Position numbers and translations under genes: made by a program
Shown here: positions 1-6,803 of the stretch, piece after piece
How positions within the stretch are numbered: the first letter of the stretch is position 1
Layout: each line of letters begins with the position of its first letter
From: Brevundimonas sp.
Lineage (GTDB): Bacteria; Pseudomonadota; Alphaproteobacteria; Caulobacterales; Caulobacteraceae
DNA: 64,000 nt
NCBI RefSeq assembly: GCF_018608325.1
Contig: NZ_JABAZW010000013.1
Location: 8,009 to 72,008 of the forward strand
Reading direction: 5' to 3'
The notes under the pieces: generated by a model
The model's database searches: none
What the model was told of the DNA's origin: nothing
The model's input: the letters and a program-made list of their open reading frames with translations, nothing else

Positions 1-113
1 TGGCGCTGAAGATCGAGCGCTGGAGCAATGGCGCCGTCCCCGCCGCATCCATCTGTGGTGAACTTCGCAAGATCGCGAACGACCCGTCACCCCCATCCGC
101 CGAGGCCGCATAG
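1..113 (+). CDS. 3' end of an upstream phage early gene (partial)
   Basis: The frame is open from the window edge to TAG at 111-113 (...ELRKIANDPSPPSAEAA*). It has the same -EAA tail style as downstream early genes. Confidence 0.3.
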   Translation, partial: ALKIERWSNGAVPAASICGELRKIANDPSPPSAEAA

Positions 114-172
114 ATGGCCCAGGCTCCGAAATCACGCCGCGTACAGTCTGGCGTGACCGTCTCGCCGGGAGG

Positions 173-367
173 ATGGCCCCTCCCCCTCCACCGATCCTCT
201 CGGCGGGACACCCTCACATGCTGACCCCGGATGAACTCGACGAGCTTCGGGAGGTGTTGCGCCAGGAACTGGCCCGCGCCCTTCACCCGAGCGTCCTGCG
301 CCCGGCCACACCCCTTCCCGCCAACGACAGGGCTCCGCTCACCCCAGAACCGCCCGAGGCCGCCTAA
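173..367 (+). CDS. Hypothetical early protein (start uncertain: 173 or 218)
   Basis: From the ORF track. The ATG at 173 abuts GGGAGG with no spacer, so the ATG at 218 (MLTPDELDELREVLRQ...) is equally plausible. It ends ...PEPPEAA 3 nt before the next ATG. Confidence 0.35.
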   Translation: MAPPPPPILSAGHPHMLTPDELDELREVLRQELARALHPSVLRPATPLPANDRAPLTPEPPEAA

Positions 368-370
368 ACA

Positions 371-898
371 ATGACTGACACCCGGACAATTCCGCTCACG
401 AAGGGCTACGAGGTTGTCGTTGATGCCGCTGACTACGGCTGCCTGGCAACCTACCGCTGGCAAGCAAAGGTGGTAAGGCGCACTCCAGCCTCTAAGCCGC
501 ATATCTGCGCCGTTCGATCCACCGGCGGCGGTGGCCGCAAACGCATGATCTACATGCACCGTGAAATTATCGGCGCAAAAGCGGGTGAGATCGTCGATCA
601 CATAAACCGCAATCCTCTCGATAATCGACGAGTGAATCTTCGGATTGCGACGCGGTCTGGCAATGCGGTGAACCGTGAGTACGTCAATCCGACAGGATTC
701 CGGGGCGTCCATCCGGTCAAGCGGCGCTTCCGCGCGTCGTTGTCGGTGGACGGCTTCGTTCACCGGACCGCCATTTACGACACCCCTGAGGACGCCGCTC
801 GTGAATACGACCGGCTCGCCATGGCGCACCACGGCGCGTTCGCCGTCGTCAACTTTCCAACGCAACCCACAGAACCTCCGCCTCTGAACGCTGCCTGA
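371..898 (+). CDS. HNH endonuclease with C-terminal AP2-type DNA-binding domain
   Basis: HNH motif IVDHINRNPLDNRRVNLRIAT followed by an AP2-like segment GFRGVH..FRASLSVDG..YDTPEDAAREYDRLAMAHHGAFAVVNFP. Confidence 0.8.
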   Translation: MTDTRTIPLTKGYEVVVDAADYGCLATYRWQAKVVRRTPASKPHICAVRSTGGGGRKRMIYMHREIIGAKAGEIVDHINRNPLDNRRVNLRIATRSGNAVNREYVNPTGFRGVHPVKRRFRASLSVDGFVHRTAIYDTPEDAAREYDRLAMAHHGAFAVVNFPTQPTEPPPLNAA

Positions 899-957
899 GT
901 AGGCCCGAACAGACGAGCGGTCAGCAAATAACGAAACCAGATCAAACGGAGAACACT

Positions 958-1392
958 GTGAGCGCCGCGTTCGTCAAATCCCTGACCCGACAGATTGAAG
1001 ATCGTATGGGCGGAAGCGCCAAGGCCGCTGCAGCTGCTGGCGTCTCTCAGGGCCGCTGGTCCAGCTACGTCAACGAAGGCAACGACGCCTACGCCACCAC
1101 GACCATCCCGCTCCACCGCTTCATGAAGGTAGCGGGACCGGACGAGAAGTCGGCCCTGCTGAGTGTCTGGAGCCACGACTTCGCCACGCCCGGCGATTGC
1201 CTGAACACCGAGGCCAGCCAAGTCACCGAGGCGTCGGCGGAACTGCAGCGCGTCGTGCGTGAGGCCAAGGCCCGAGCTGGCGACGGCCCGATCTCACAGA
1301 TCGATCAGGCCCGCATCCTCAAGCTGGTCCTGATCGTCCACGCCGAAGCTGACGACGTGCGCTCCACCCTGATCAACAAAGGGGCTGCGTGA
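958..1392 (+). CDS. Putative phage regulatory protein (CII/CP76-like HTH; tentative)
   Basis: GTG start downstream of ACGGAGA. The N-terminal HTH-like stretch AAAAAGVSQGRWSSYVNEG supports the call. The stop overlaps the next start. Confidence 0.5.
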   Translation: MSAAFVKSLTRQIEDRMGGSAKAAAAAGVSQGRWSSYVNEGNDAYATTTIPLHRFMKVAGPDEKSALLSVWSHDFATPGDCLNTEASQVTEASAELQRVVREAKARAGDGPISQIDQARILKLVLIVHAEADDVRSTLINKGAA

Positions 1393-1820
1393 TGGGCGCG
1401 CTATGCCAGACGCCCACCAATCAGGGGCAGCACGTCTTTCGCATAGGCGACGACCGGGCCGTAAAATCGGTAGCTGGTCACCGGCTGCTGGCTGATGGGC
1501 TGGTCTCACTAACTCTTCCGCCAAGGCCGCTGACCGAGTCGGAAGCTAAGCGGCTGGCTTGGGGAATCCTGGCAGACCTTGCGCCGGATGAAGTGGCCCC
1601 TATTCCGCAGGTGGTGAACTACCGCGAAAGCGGTCGCTGTCAGGTCCTAACCCATCTGGCCGAAGGTCCCCGCCGCATACCCCAGTTGGCGGACTTGCTG
1701 AACTGGAACAGGCGCACCGTCGAGAGGCGGCTGGCAGAACTGATAGGCGACGGTCGCGTCAAGCGTGTCGCCCACTCACCCTACGACATCACTTTCGAAA
1801 TCGACCGGGAGGCTGCGTGA
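1389..1820 (+). CDS. Winged-helix DNA-binding protein (hypothetical)
   Basis: GTG 1389 or ATG 1392 within a GCTGCGTGATG junction that overlaps the upstream stop. Contains the wHTH-like segment RIPQLADLLNWNRRTVERRLAELIGDGRVKRV. Confidence 0.55.
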   Translation: MMGALCQTPTNQGQHVFRIGDDRAVKSVAGHRLLADGLVSLTLPPRPLTESEAKRLAWGILADLAPDEVAPIPQVVNYRESGRCQVLTHLAEGPRRIPQLADLLNWNRRTVERRLAELIGDGRVKRVAHSPYDITFEIDREAA

Positions 1821-2032
1821 TGTTCGGCTTCCGCTCCCGCAACCGCGTCACTCGCGCCAAGGCCGCTTTCGAGGCGGCTCACACCGAGCACAAAGCCGCC
1901 CAGCGCCGCCAAGACACCCGCCGAATGTCAATCGCAGCGGCAAACCTTCGGGCTGCGAACACTGAGTTGATGGCCGCCGAAGCCGCCGCTCATCCCAAGC
2001 CCGCACACCTTCCAACCCCACACGGAGCCTGA
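1817..2032 (+). CDS. Hypothetical early protein
   Basis: Same GCTGCGTGATG coupling junction as the previous gene. It is a 71-aa basic, Ala-rich protein with no domain recognised. Confidence 0.45.
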   Translation: MMFGFRSRNRVTRAKAAFEAAHTEHKAAQRRQDTRRMSIAAANLRAANTELMAAEAAAHPKPAHLPTPHGA

Positions 2033-2034
2033 AC

Positions 2035-2310
2035 ATGGCTGACGACGCTAATTTCGATGCTGGACCTGACGTCCTGAACTCTGCCGCCCAAGGTCGCCTG
2101 CGCAGCATCATCGAGCGTGTCGAGCGCTTGGAAGAGGATAAGGCCGCCGTCCAGAACGACATCAAGGAGGTCTTCGCCGAAGCCAAGGGTGAAGGCTACG
2201 ACGTGAAGGTGCTGCGCAAAGTCATCCGCATCCGCAAGCAGGACAAGGCCAAGCGTCAGGAAGAGGAATCCATCACTGACCTGTACCTCTCCGCCCTTGG
2301 GGAGATCTGA
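2035..2310 (+). CDS. GapR-like nucleoid-associated protein (DUF2312 family), phage-encoded
   Basis: 91 aa, colinear with Caulobacter GapR as I remember it: [66 protein letters not shown]. Confidence 0.85.
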   Translation: MADDANFDAGPDVLNSAAQGRLRSIIERVERLEEDKAAVQNDIKEVFAEAKGEGYDVKVLRKVIRIRKQDKAKRQEEESITDLYLSALGEI

Positions 2311-2312
2311 CC

Positions 2313-2756
2313 ATGGCTGGATCAGTCAACAAGGTCATTCTGGTCGGCAATCTGGGCCGCGATCCGGAAATCCGCTCCATGCCGAACGGCGACCGCATCG
2401 CCAACCTGTCGATTGCGACCTCGGAAACCTGGCGCGACAAGTCCTCGGGCGAGCGCAAGGAAAAGACCGAATGGCACCGTGTCGTCGTGTTCAACGACAA
2501 CATCGTCAAGGTCGTCGAGAACTATGTGAAGAAGGGCTCGACCGTCTATATCGAGGGCGCGCTTCAGACCCGCAAATGGACCGATCAACAGGGCGTCGAG
2601 AAGTACTCGACCGAGATCGTGGTCAGCCGCTTCAAGGGCGAACTGACGATGCTGGGCGGCAAGCCTGAGGGCGCCGATCGCGCCGACGACACCCAATCTC
2701 ACCAATCGACCAGTCGTCAGGACAGCTATGACCTGAACGACGATATTCCATTCTGA
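2313..2756 (+). CDS. ssb: Single-stranded DNA-binding protein
   Basis: OB-fold SSB signature [30 protein letters not shown] and an acidic C-terminal tip DDIPF. Confidence 0.95.
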   Translation: MAGSVNKVILVGNLGRDPEIRSMPNGDRIANLSIATSETWRDKSSGERKEKTEWHRVVVFNDNIVKVVENYVKKGSTVYIEGALQTRKWTDQQGVEKYSTEIVVSRFKGELTMLGGKPEGADRADDTQSHQSTSRQDSYDLNDDIPF

Positions 2757-2766
2757 GGGCTCGCTC

Positions 2767-2931
2767 ATGGCCCGTCCTCAGACCCACACCGTTCAGCAGG
2801 CCTACATCGGGCGTGACGGCAAGCCCCGCTGCTTCGTCAAAGGCCACACGCTCCCCCTGTTCACGGACAAAATCCTGAACGAGGGCGACGCCGTCGTGAT
2901 CCGCGGTAATCGCGCGGAGCGTCCAGCATGA
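2767..2931 (+). CDS. Small hypothetical protein (54 aa, below the ORF-track cutoff)
   Basis: ATG at 2767, in frame to TGA at 2929-2931, which overlaps the next ATG (ATGA). It fills the only gap in the operon. Product: MARPQTHTVQQAYIGRDGKPRCFVKGHTLPLFTDKILNEGDAVVIRGNRAERPA. Confidence 0.4.
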   Translation: MARPQTHTVQQAYIGRDGKPRCFVKGHTLPLFTDKILNEGDAVVIRGNRAERPA

Positions 2932-3125
2932 CCCGCGCCACCAACAGCGGACACCCCGGCGCTGGCCAGTACGCCACCAGCCGTCGCGGCGGCGTGTCCA
3001 TGAACGACATCTGGCAGGCACAAGAAGCCATCGGGCAGCGCGCTACGCCGTCGATGATCGCCCGCTACCTGGGCCGCTGCGAGATCGACGTGCGCGTCCT
3101 GATGACGCCGGAGGCCGCAACGTGA
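2928..3125 (+). CDS. Hypothetical early protein
   Basis: From the ORF track. It is coupled at both ends (ATGA at 2928 and GTGA at 3122). No domain recognised. Confidence 0.45.
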   Translation: MTRATNSGHPGAGQYATSRRGGVSMNDIWQAQEAIGQRATPSMIARYLGRCEIDVRVLMTPEAAT

Positions 3126-3481
3126 GTGCCGGTCCTGAAGCCCGCCTGCAATTTGCCGTCGCCCGCTTCCTTGGCGTCGCTTGCCCAGACCTTCTGTGGT
3201 CGCACTTCCCGGCTGGGGAAGACCGCAATGCTATCGTGGGCCGCAAGCTGAAGGACATGGGCCTCAAACGGGGCTGGCCTGACATCATCCTATGCCTGCC
3301 GGGCGGTGTTTTGGGCGCCATCGAACTGAAAGCCCCCACTGGTCGCCTGTCGCCGGATCAAATCGCCTTCCGCGAAGCCCTGATCGCCGCTGGTGGTCAG
3401 TTCGCCCTGTGTCGGTCACTGGACGACGTAGAGGCCTGCCTTGCCGCCTGGAACGTCCCGCTACGAGCGAGGGCGCAATGA
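3122..3481 (+). CDS. VRR-NUC domain nuclease
   Basis: Motif GWPDIILCLPGGVLGAIELKAPTGRLSPDQIAF (PD-(D/E)xK VRR-NUC type). GTG start overlaps the upstream stop. Confidence 0.8.
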   Translation: MSAGPEARLQFAVARFLGVACPDLLWSHFPAGEDRNAIVGRKLKDMGLKRGWPDIILCLPGGVLGAIELKAPTGRLSPDQIAFREALIAAGGQFALCRSLDDVEACLAAWNVPLRARAQ

Positions 3482-3882
3482 GGGTCACTGGTCAGGAAGT
3501 CATAGCCTATGTGGCGGAATTCTACGATCTGAGCGTTGGCGACCTGAAGGGAACCAGTCGGGCAAGGCGTCTGGCTCGGCCACGCCAGATCGCTTGCTAT
3601 GTGATGCGGTGCGTCTGCCCGCATCTGAGCTTTCCAGCCATAGGACGCCTTCTTGGGGGGCGCGACCACACGACTGTGCTTCACGCAGTGAGCAAGGTGT
3701 CGGAGTTGATGGCTGACGCCCACGGATTTGAATCCGATGTCGCCGACATCCTGGCCCACTTTTATCGGCCAACGTCAGCGGACCTATACCTGCGCGCACG
3801 GATCATTGACGCTGAGCGTCACCTTGAGGCGCTGAAGGCGCAGGCTGCTGGATCACCCGCCCTGTTCGAGGCCGCAGCATGA
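3478..3882 (+). CDS. DnaA C-terminal (domain IV)-like DNA-binding protein
   Basis: The ATG at 3478 overlaps the upstream stop (ATGA). Contains RPRQIACYVMRCVCPHLSFPAIGRLLGGRDHTTVLHAVSKV, which matches the DnaA domain IV HTH. The ORF-track start at 3292 overlaps the VRR-NUC gene and is not used. Confidence 0.8.
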   Translation: MRVTGQEVIAYVAEFYDLSVGDLKGTSRARRLARPRQIACYVMRCVCPHLSFPAIGRLLGGRDHTTVLHAVSKVSELMADAHGFESDVADILAHFYRPTSADLYLRARIIDAERHLEALKAQAAGSPALFEAAA

Positions 3883-4637
3883 GCGCCATCGCTTACTTGC
3901 AGCGACTTCTCGACGCCGGACTAGCCCTGGACGTCGCCATGATCGCTGCGCGTGAGCATGAGGCAGTGATGGCTGAATCCGGCCCACGCCGGTCAAAGGG
4001 AGCGCTACGCCAAGCTCGATACGAAGAGCGAAAGCGTCAGAAAGCGTCAGAAAGCGTCAGAAATGACGCTTCTGACGATACTCCTTCCCTCCCTTCTTCC
4101 CCCCACACCCCCCAACAACCCACCCATCCACGGGGAGATATATCTACCCCGCGCGAGAAGGCCGTTTCGAAGGCTGACCACGCCAAGGCCTTCGTCGAGT
4201 TCTGGACTGCCTACCCCCGGAAAGTCGGCAAGGACGCGGCGGCCAAGGCGTTCACCAAGGCGCTGGCGCGGGCAGACGGTCCAGACCCGATTTCAACGAT
4301 CCTCGACGGCCTGCGCAGAGCCCTCCCCGGCTGGGACGATCCGGAATTCATCCCCCACCCGACCACCTGGCTGAACCGAGGCAGCTGGAACGACGACGCC
4401 CCCATACCCCGCCGAGATCACCATGACCGCCCTGCAAACGATCACCGCCCCCGCCCTTCCAACGCCGCGCCTTCCCGTGCCGAGCGTGGTCAATCAGCCG
4501 CTCTTGCAGTGCTTGCTCGCCGGGGGGCTCTACCGAGACAAGATCAAGGCTGGAGTGCTTTCGACGAACCACCTTCCGGACCTGCGCCAGCTGGTGGCGG
4601 AGCTGGAGCCTTCGGTTCGCCCCGCCACGCTGCCTGA
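3879..4637 (+). CDS. Putative replication initiation/organiser protein (contains an iteron cluster)
   Basis: Carries a segment common in phage replication proteins: FVEFWTAYPRKVGKDAAAKAF..HPTTWLNRGSWNDD. Iterons lie in the linker-coding part. The last ~70 codons are low-complexity and overlap the next gene. Confidence 0.6.
   Translation: MSAIAYLQRLLDAGLALDVAMIAAREHEAVMAESGPRRSKGALRQARYEERKRQKASESVRNDASDDTPSLPSSPHTPQQPTHPRGDISTPREKAVSKADHAKAFVEFWTAYPRKVGKDAAAKAFTKALARADGPDPISTILDGLRRALPGWDDPEFIPHPTTWLNRGSWNDDAPIPRRDHHDRPANDHRPRPSNAAPSRAERGQSAALAVLARRGALPRQDQGWSAFDEPPSGPAPAGGGAGAFGSPRHAA
4031..4077. repeat. Iteron-like cluster: 3 exact tandem 10-mers AAAGCGTCAG plus one inverted partial copy; candidate phage origin
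   Basis: AAAGCGTCAG occurs at 4031, 4041 and 4051. ACGCTTCTGACG at 4066-4077 is the inverted partial copy. It is followed by a ~50-nt C/T-only tract (4081-4131) and the palindrome AGATATATCT (4136-4145). Confidence 0.6.
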
Positions 4638-4932
4638 GGCCGCAGCAGTTCTTGACCGGCTGTTTGCCCACTACTTGCGGCCAGACCTGCCGAACCACAT
4701 CGAGGAGAACCGCCTCGACGACTGGTACGACGACCTGGAGGGCATCCCGCTGGACATCCTGCAGGCGGCTGCGCGGGACTGGCGCCGGAGCGAGGCCAAG
4801 TACGCCCCGACGCCCGGGCAGTTCCTCGAAAAGACCAAGCGCTACACCGACCCTCGGACCTACGCCTACAACATCGGACGCATGGTGATTGAGGCTTTGG
4901 AACAGATCGAAACCCAGAAGGCCGCAGCATGA
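4423..4932 (+). CDS. Hypothetical early protein
   Basis: From the ORF track. The composition looks protein-like (..LLQCLLAGGLYRDKIKAG..DDWYDDLEGIPLDILQAAARDWRRSEAKYAPTPGQFLEK..). The stop overlaps the next ATG in an AGGCCGCAGCATGAGC junction. Confidence 0.55.
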   Translation: MTALQTITAPALPTPRLPVPSVVNQPLLQCLLAGGLYRDKIKAGVLSTNHLPDLRQLVAELEPSVRPATLPEAAAVLDRLFAHYLRPDLPNHIEENRLDDWYDDLEGIPLDILQAAARDWRRSEAKYAPTPGQFLEKTKRYTDPRTYAYNIGRMVIEALEQIETQKAAA

Positions 4933-5573
4933 GCAAAGCCCGCATAAAGAACGGCAAGCCCAAGATCCGCTCCAAGGGCGGCCGCCCACGCAAGGAAGGC
5001 GCACGCTATCCCTCAGGAGAGCTTCGCCCCGCTGGTCCGAACCCCGAGGTCATCGTCCGCCGCAAGGCCCTATGCGGAGACATCACCATGGCGACGAACC
5101 CCATCGACGTGATGCTGGCCAATCGCTGGATCACGGAGGACCAGCACCGCACCGCCGCGCGCTATCGTCAGGACCATCGATCGGCAGCCCTGTGCGGTCC
5201 GACCGTACCGACCCAGCGCGACCTTTCAGCCCCAGAAGGCGTCGACACCCGCGACCAGTCTTTCGCCACCATGCCCGACAAGGACATCGCCGCCGTATGG
5301 GATAGCGCCATGAGCCGCACGCCGCCTGCCGCGAATGACCAGCACGCCGGTCAGGCCCGCGCGATGGACCGCTACCGTGAGGCCAACCGTATCCTGACCG
5401 TGGCCCAGCGCAACGAGGTCAACGACGTAGTGCTACTCGACAGTTGGCCCCAATGGGTTCTCCAGCGCCGCGCCGGGAACTTCACGTCGTCATGGGAGAG
5501 AAAGCGCGAGCTGTTGATCGACGGCCTGGACTTGATCCAGGAGATCTATGGCCCACGGAGGAAGGCGGCATGA
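4929..5573 (+). CDS. Hypothetical protein, last gene of the early operon (basic N-terminus)
   Basis: From the ORF track, with a coupled start. No domain recognised. Its position fits a late-gene regulator, but nothing else supports that role. Confidence 0.6.
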   Translation: MSKARIKNGKPKIRSKGGRPRKEGARYPSGELRPAGPNPEVIVRRKALCGDITMATNPIDVMLANRWITEDQHRTAARYRQDHRSAALCGPTVPTQRDLSAPEGVDTRDQSFATMPDKDIAAVWDSAMSRTPPAANDQHAGQARAMDRYREANRILTVAQRNEVNDVVLLDSWPQWVLQRRAGNFTSSWERKRELLIDGLDLIQEIYGPRRKAA

Positions 5574-5626
5574 GCAAGGATCTGCGCCCGAGACGCTCCC
5601 CTTGCTCGACCCAGGTCGCCCCTTGA

Positions 5627-5866
5627 TCAAGCCAACTTCTCCAGCGAAGCGTCATACCTCTCACGAGCCACTGCGAGCGTAGCGCGGGCCTGTGTTCTGG
5701 ATGGCTCGTCCAGACTCTGGCGGAAGCCTTCATGAGCGGCGCACAGAGCAGCTAAAGCGCAGTCCCACTCGACAATATCCGGGTCATTGAAGTCGATCAT
5801 CTGCCCGATCCTTCCCTCACATTCTGAGTAGGAACGGCCCAGACTGATAATCCGACCTGCGGCCAA
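5627..5866 (-). CDS. Small hypothetical protein downstream of the XRE gene (alternative start 5800)
   Basis: From the ORF track. The internal ATG at 5800 is preceded by GGGAAGGA and would give a 57-aa product, MIDFNDPDIVEWDCALAALCAAHEGF... Confidence 0.35.
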   Translation of the reverse strand: MAAGRIISLGRSYSECEGRIGQMIDFNDPDIVEWDCALAALCAAHEGFRQSLDEPSRTQARATLAVARERYDASLEKLA

Positions 5867-5890
5867 ACTTCGCGGCAGACCGAAGCGTGC

Positions 5891-6238
5891 CTATGAAGGA
5901 TGCTCCTGCGCAGCCAATGCCTCCACGAGATCGGTAATCGCCTCGCGCTGACTGGCTGGAAGATCACCCCACGCCCTGAGCAACCGCTCAGCGCCAATGA
6001 CCGTGGTCTCTTCGGTGCCGTAAAGCTCTCCAATGCTGCACCGTAGCACCTTGGCTAGAGCAGGCATTTTGTCGGAGGGCACCCGGTTCTTGCCTACAAG
6101 GTATTTCTGCACTTGCTGGAATGAGACCCGCAGGGCGTCGCCAAGCTGGGCCTGGCTCAAACCAAGCTCAGCTCGACGACTGTTTATATTCTCCGCAATT
6201 CGAGTCGTGACTTCCTTATCTTCCGCCATCTCGGCCAT
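5891..6238 (-). CDS. XRE-family HTH transcriptional regulator (repressor-like)
   Basis: HTH_3 signature RIAENINSRRAELGLSQAQLGDALRVSFQQVQKYLVGKNRVPSDKMPALAKVLRCSIGELY. A GGGAG Shine-Dalgarno (SD) lies 6 nt upstream of the ATG. Confidence 0.85.
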   Translation of the reverse strand: MAEMAEDKEVTTRIAENINSRRAELGLSQAQLGDALRVSFQQVQKYLVGKNRVPSDKMPALAKVLRCSIGELYGTEETTVIGAERLLRAWGDLPASQREAITDLVEALAAQEHPS

Positions 6239-6623
6239 GCCGCACTCCCACTGAAACGCTTGATCACAAGGGCGCCCGACTGAAAGCTAACGCAACGGCA
6301 CCCTCAGCGAAATGACGTCTGGTTATTCGAGGCGTTGAAACCCTCCAGATGCGTCAAGGTGATGTGCCGATTGGCTGCAGAAGCCGCGCCAACCTTCTCA
6401 GTCGGAACTATGTAGTCCAGTCACGTAGTCGCATCCGCCTGAGTCTGGCGTAGCACGCCCTCAACAAGCAGCAAGGTTCGCAGACGTAGCAATAATTTAC
6501 AGTTCAGGACGATAATTATTCGCAATCAAGCTTTACTGTATCGCAAAACTCTCTAACGGTTTCGCCGCGCAACTTTAGGGGGCGTGGGGTGAGTGCCGAA
6601 CCTTCATTGGCTGCGGCGCTAGG

Positions 6624-6677
6624 GGCGGCCCGTCTTCCCTCCAAACATGAGGCCGGGCCGCTCTTCCTCTTTTTTCT
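6624..6677 (+). terminator. Terminator-like hairpin with a long loop, in a non-coding region
   Basis: The stem GCGGCCCG (6625-6632) pairs with CGGGCCGC (6654-6661) and can be extended by G-U pairs. It is followed by the pyrimidine/T run CTTCCTCTTTTTTC. Confidence 0.35.
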
Positions 6678-6707
6678 GACCGAGTGAGTGCGGCATTCTT
6701 ACTCAGC

Positions 6708-6732
6708 GAAATACGGCGAGACCCCGTATTTC
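6708..6732. promoter_or_regulatory. Perfect 9-bp inverted repeat GAAATACGG-N7-CCGTATTTC (operator or leader hairpin candidate)
   Basis: Read directly from the sequence, ~70 nt upstream of the ATG at 6804. Confidence 0.3.
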
Positions 6733-6803
6733 TACGTAATCAGAATTCAGAACCAGTTAACCGAGCAAGCGCAGCCTCAACGTGCCAGCCTATGGAGGGA
6801 AAG

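Noticed and set aside
114-224. A 36-codon ORF starting at the ATG immediately after the first stop codon.
   Set aside because: It has no SD and a basic, low-complexity product, and it overlaps the alternative ORF 173-367. There is not enough evidence to call either with confidence.
3292-3477. The N-terminal extension of the DnaA-like ORF given by the ORF track.
   Set aside because: It overlaps the VRR-NUC gene in another frame and encodes Arg/Pro/Ser-rich junk. The ATG at 3478, with an ATGA stop-start overlap, matches the operon's coupling pattern.
4031-4060. Tandem 10-bp repeats considered as a possible CRISPR or mini-satellite.
   Set aside because: There are only three contiguous 10-mers with no spacers, inside a coding region. 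They fit replication iterons, not a CRISPR array. No CRISPR-like repeat-spacer structure was seen anywhere in the window.
5627-6238. Reading the XRE gene plus its downstream small ORF as a toxin-antitoxin pair.
   Set aside because: The small ORF has no recognisable toxin fold or motif, the order and sizes are not diagnostic, and its start codon is uncertain. It is kept only as a possibility in the findings.
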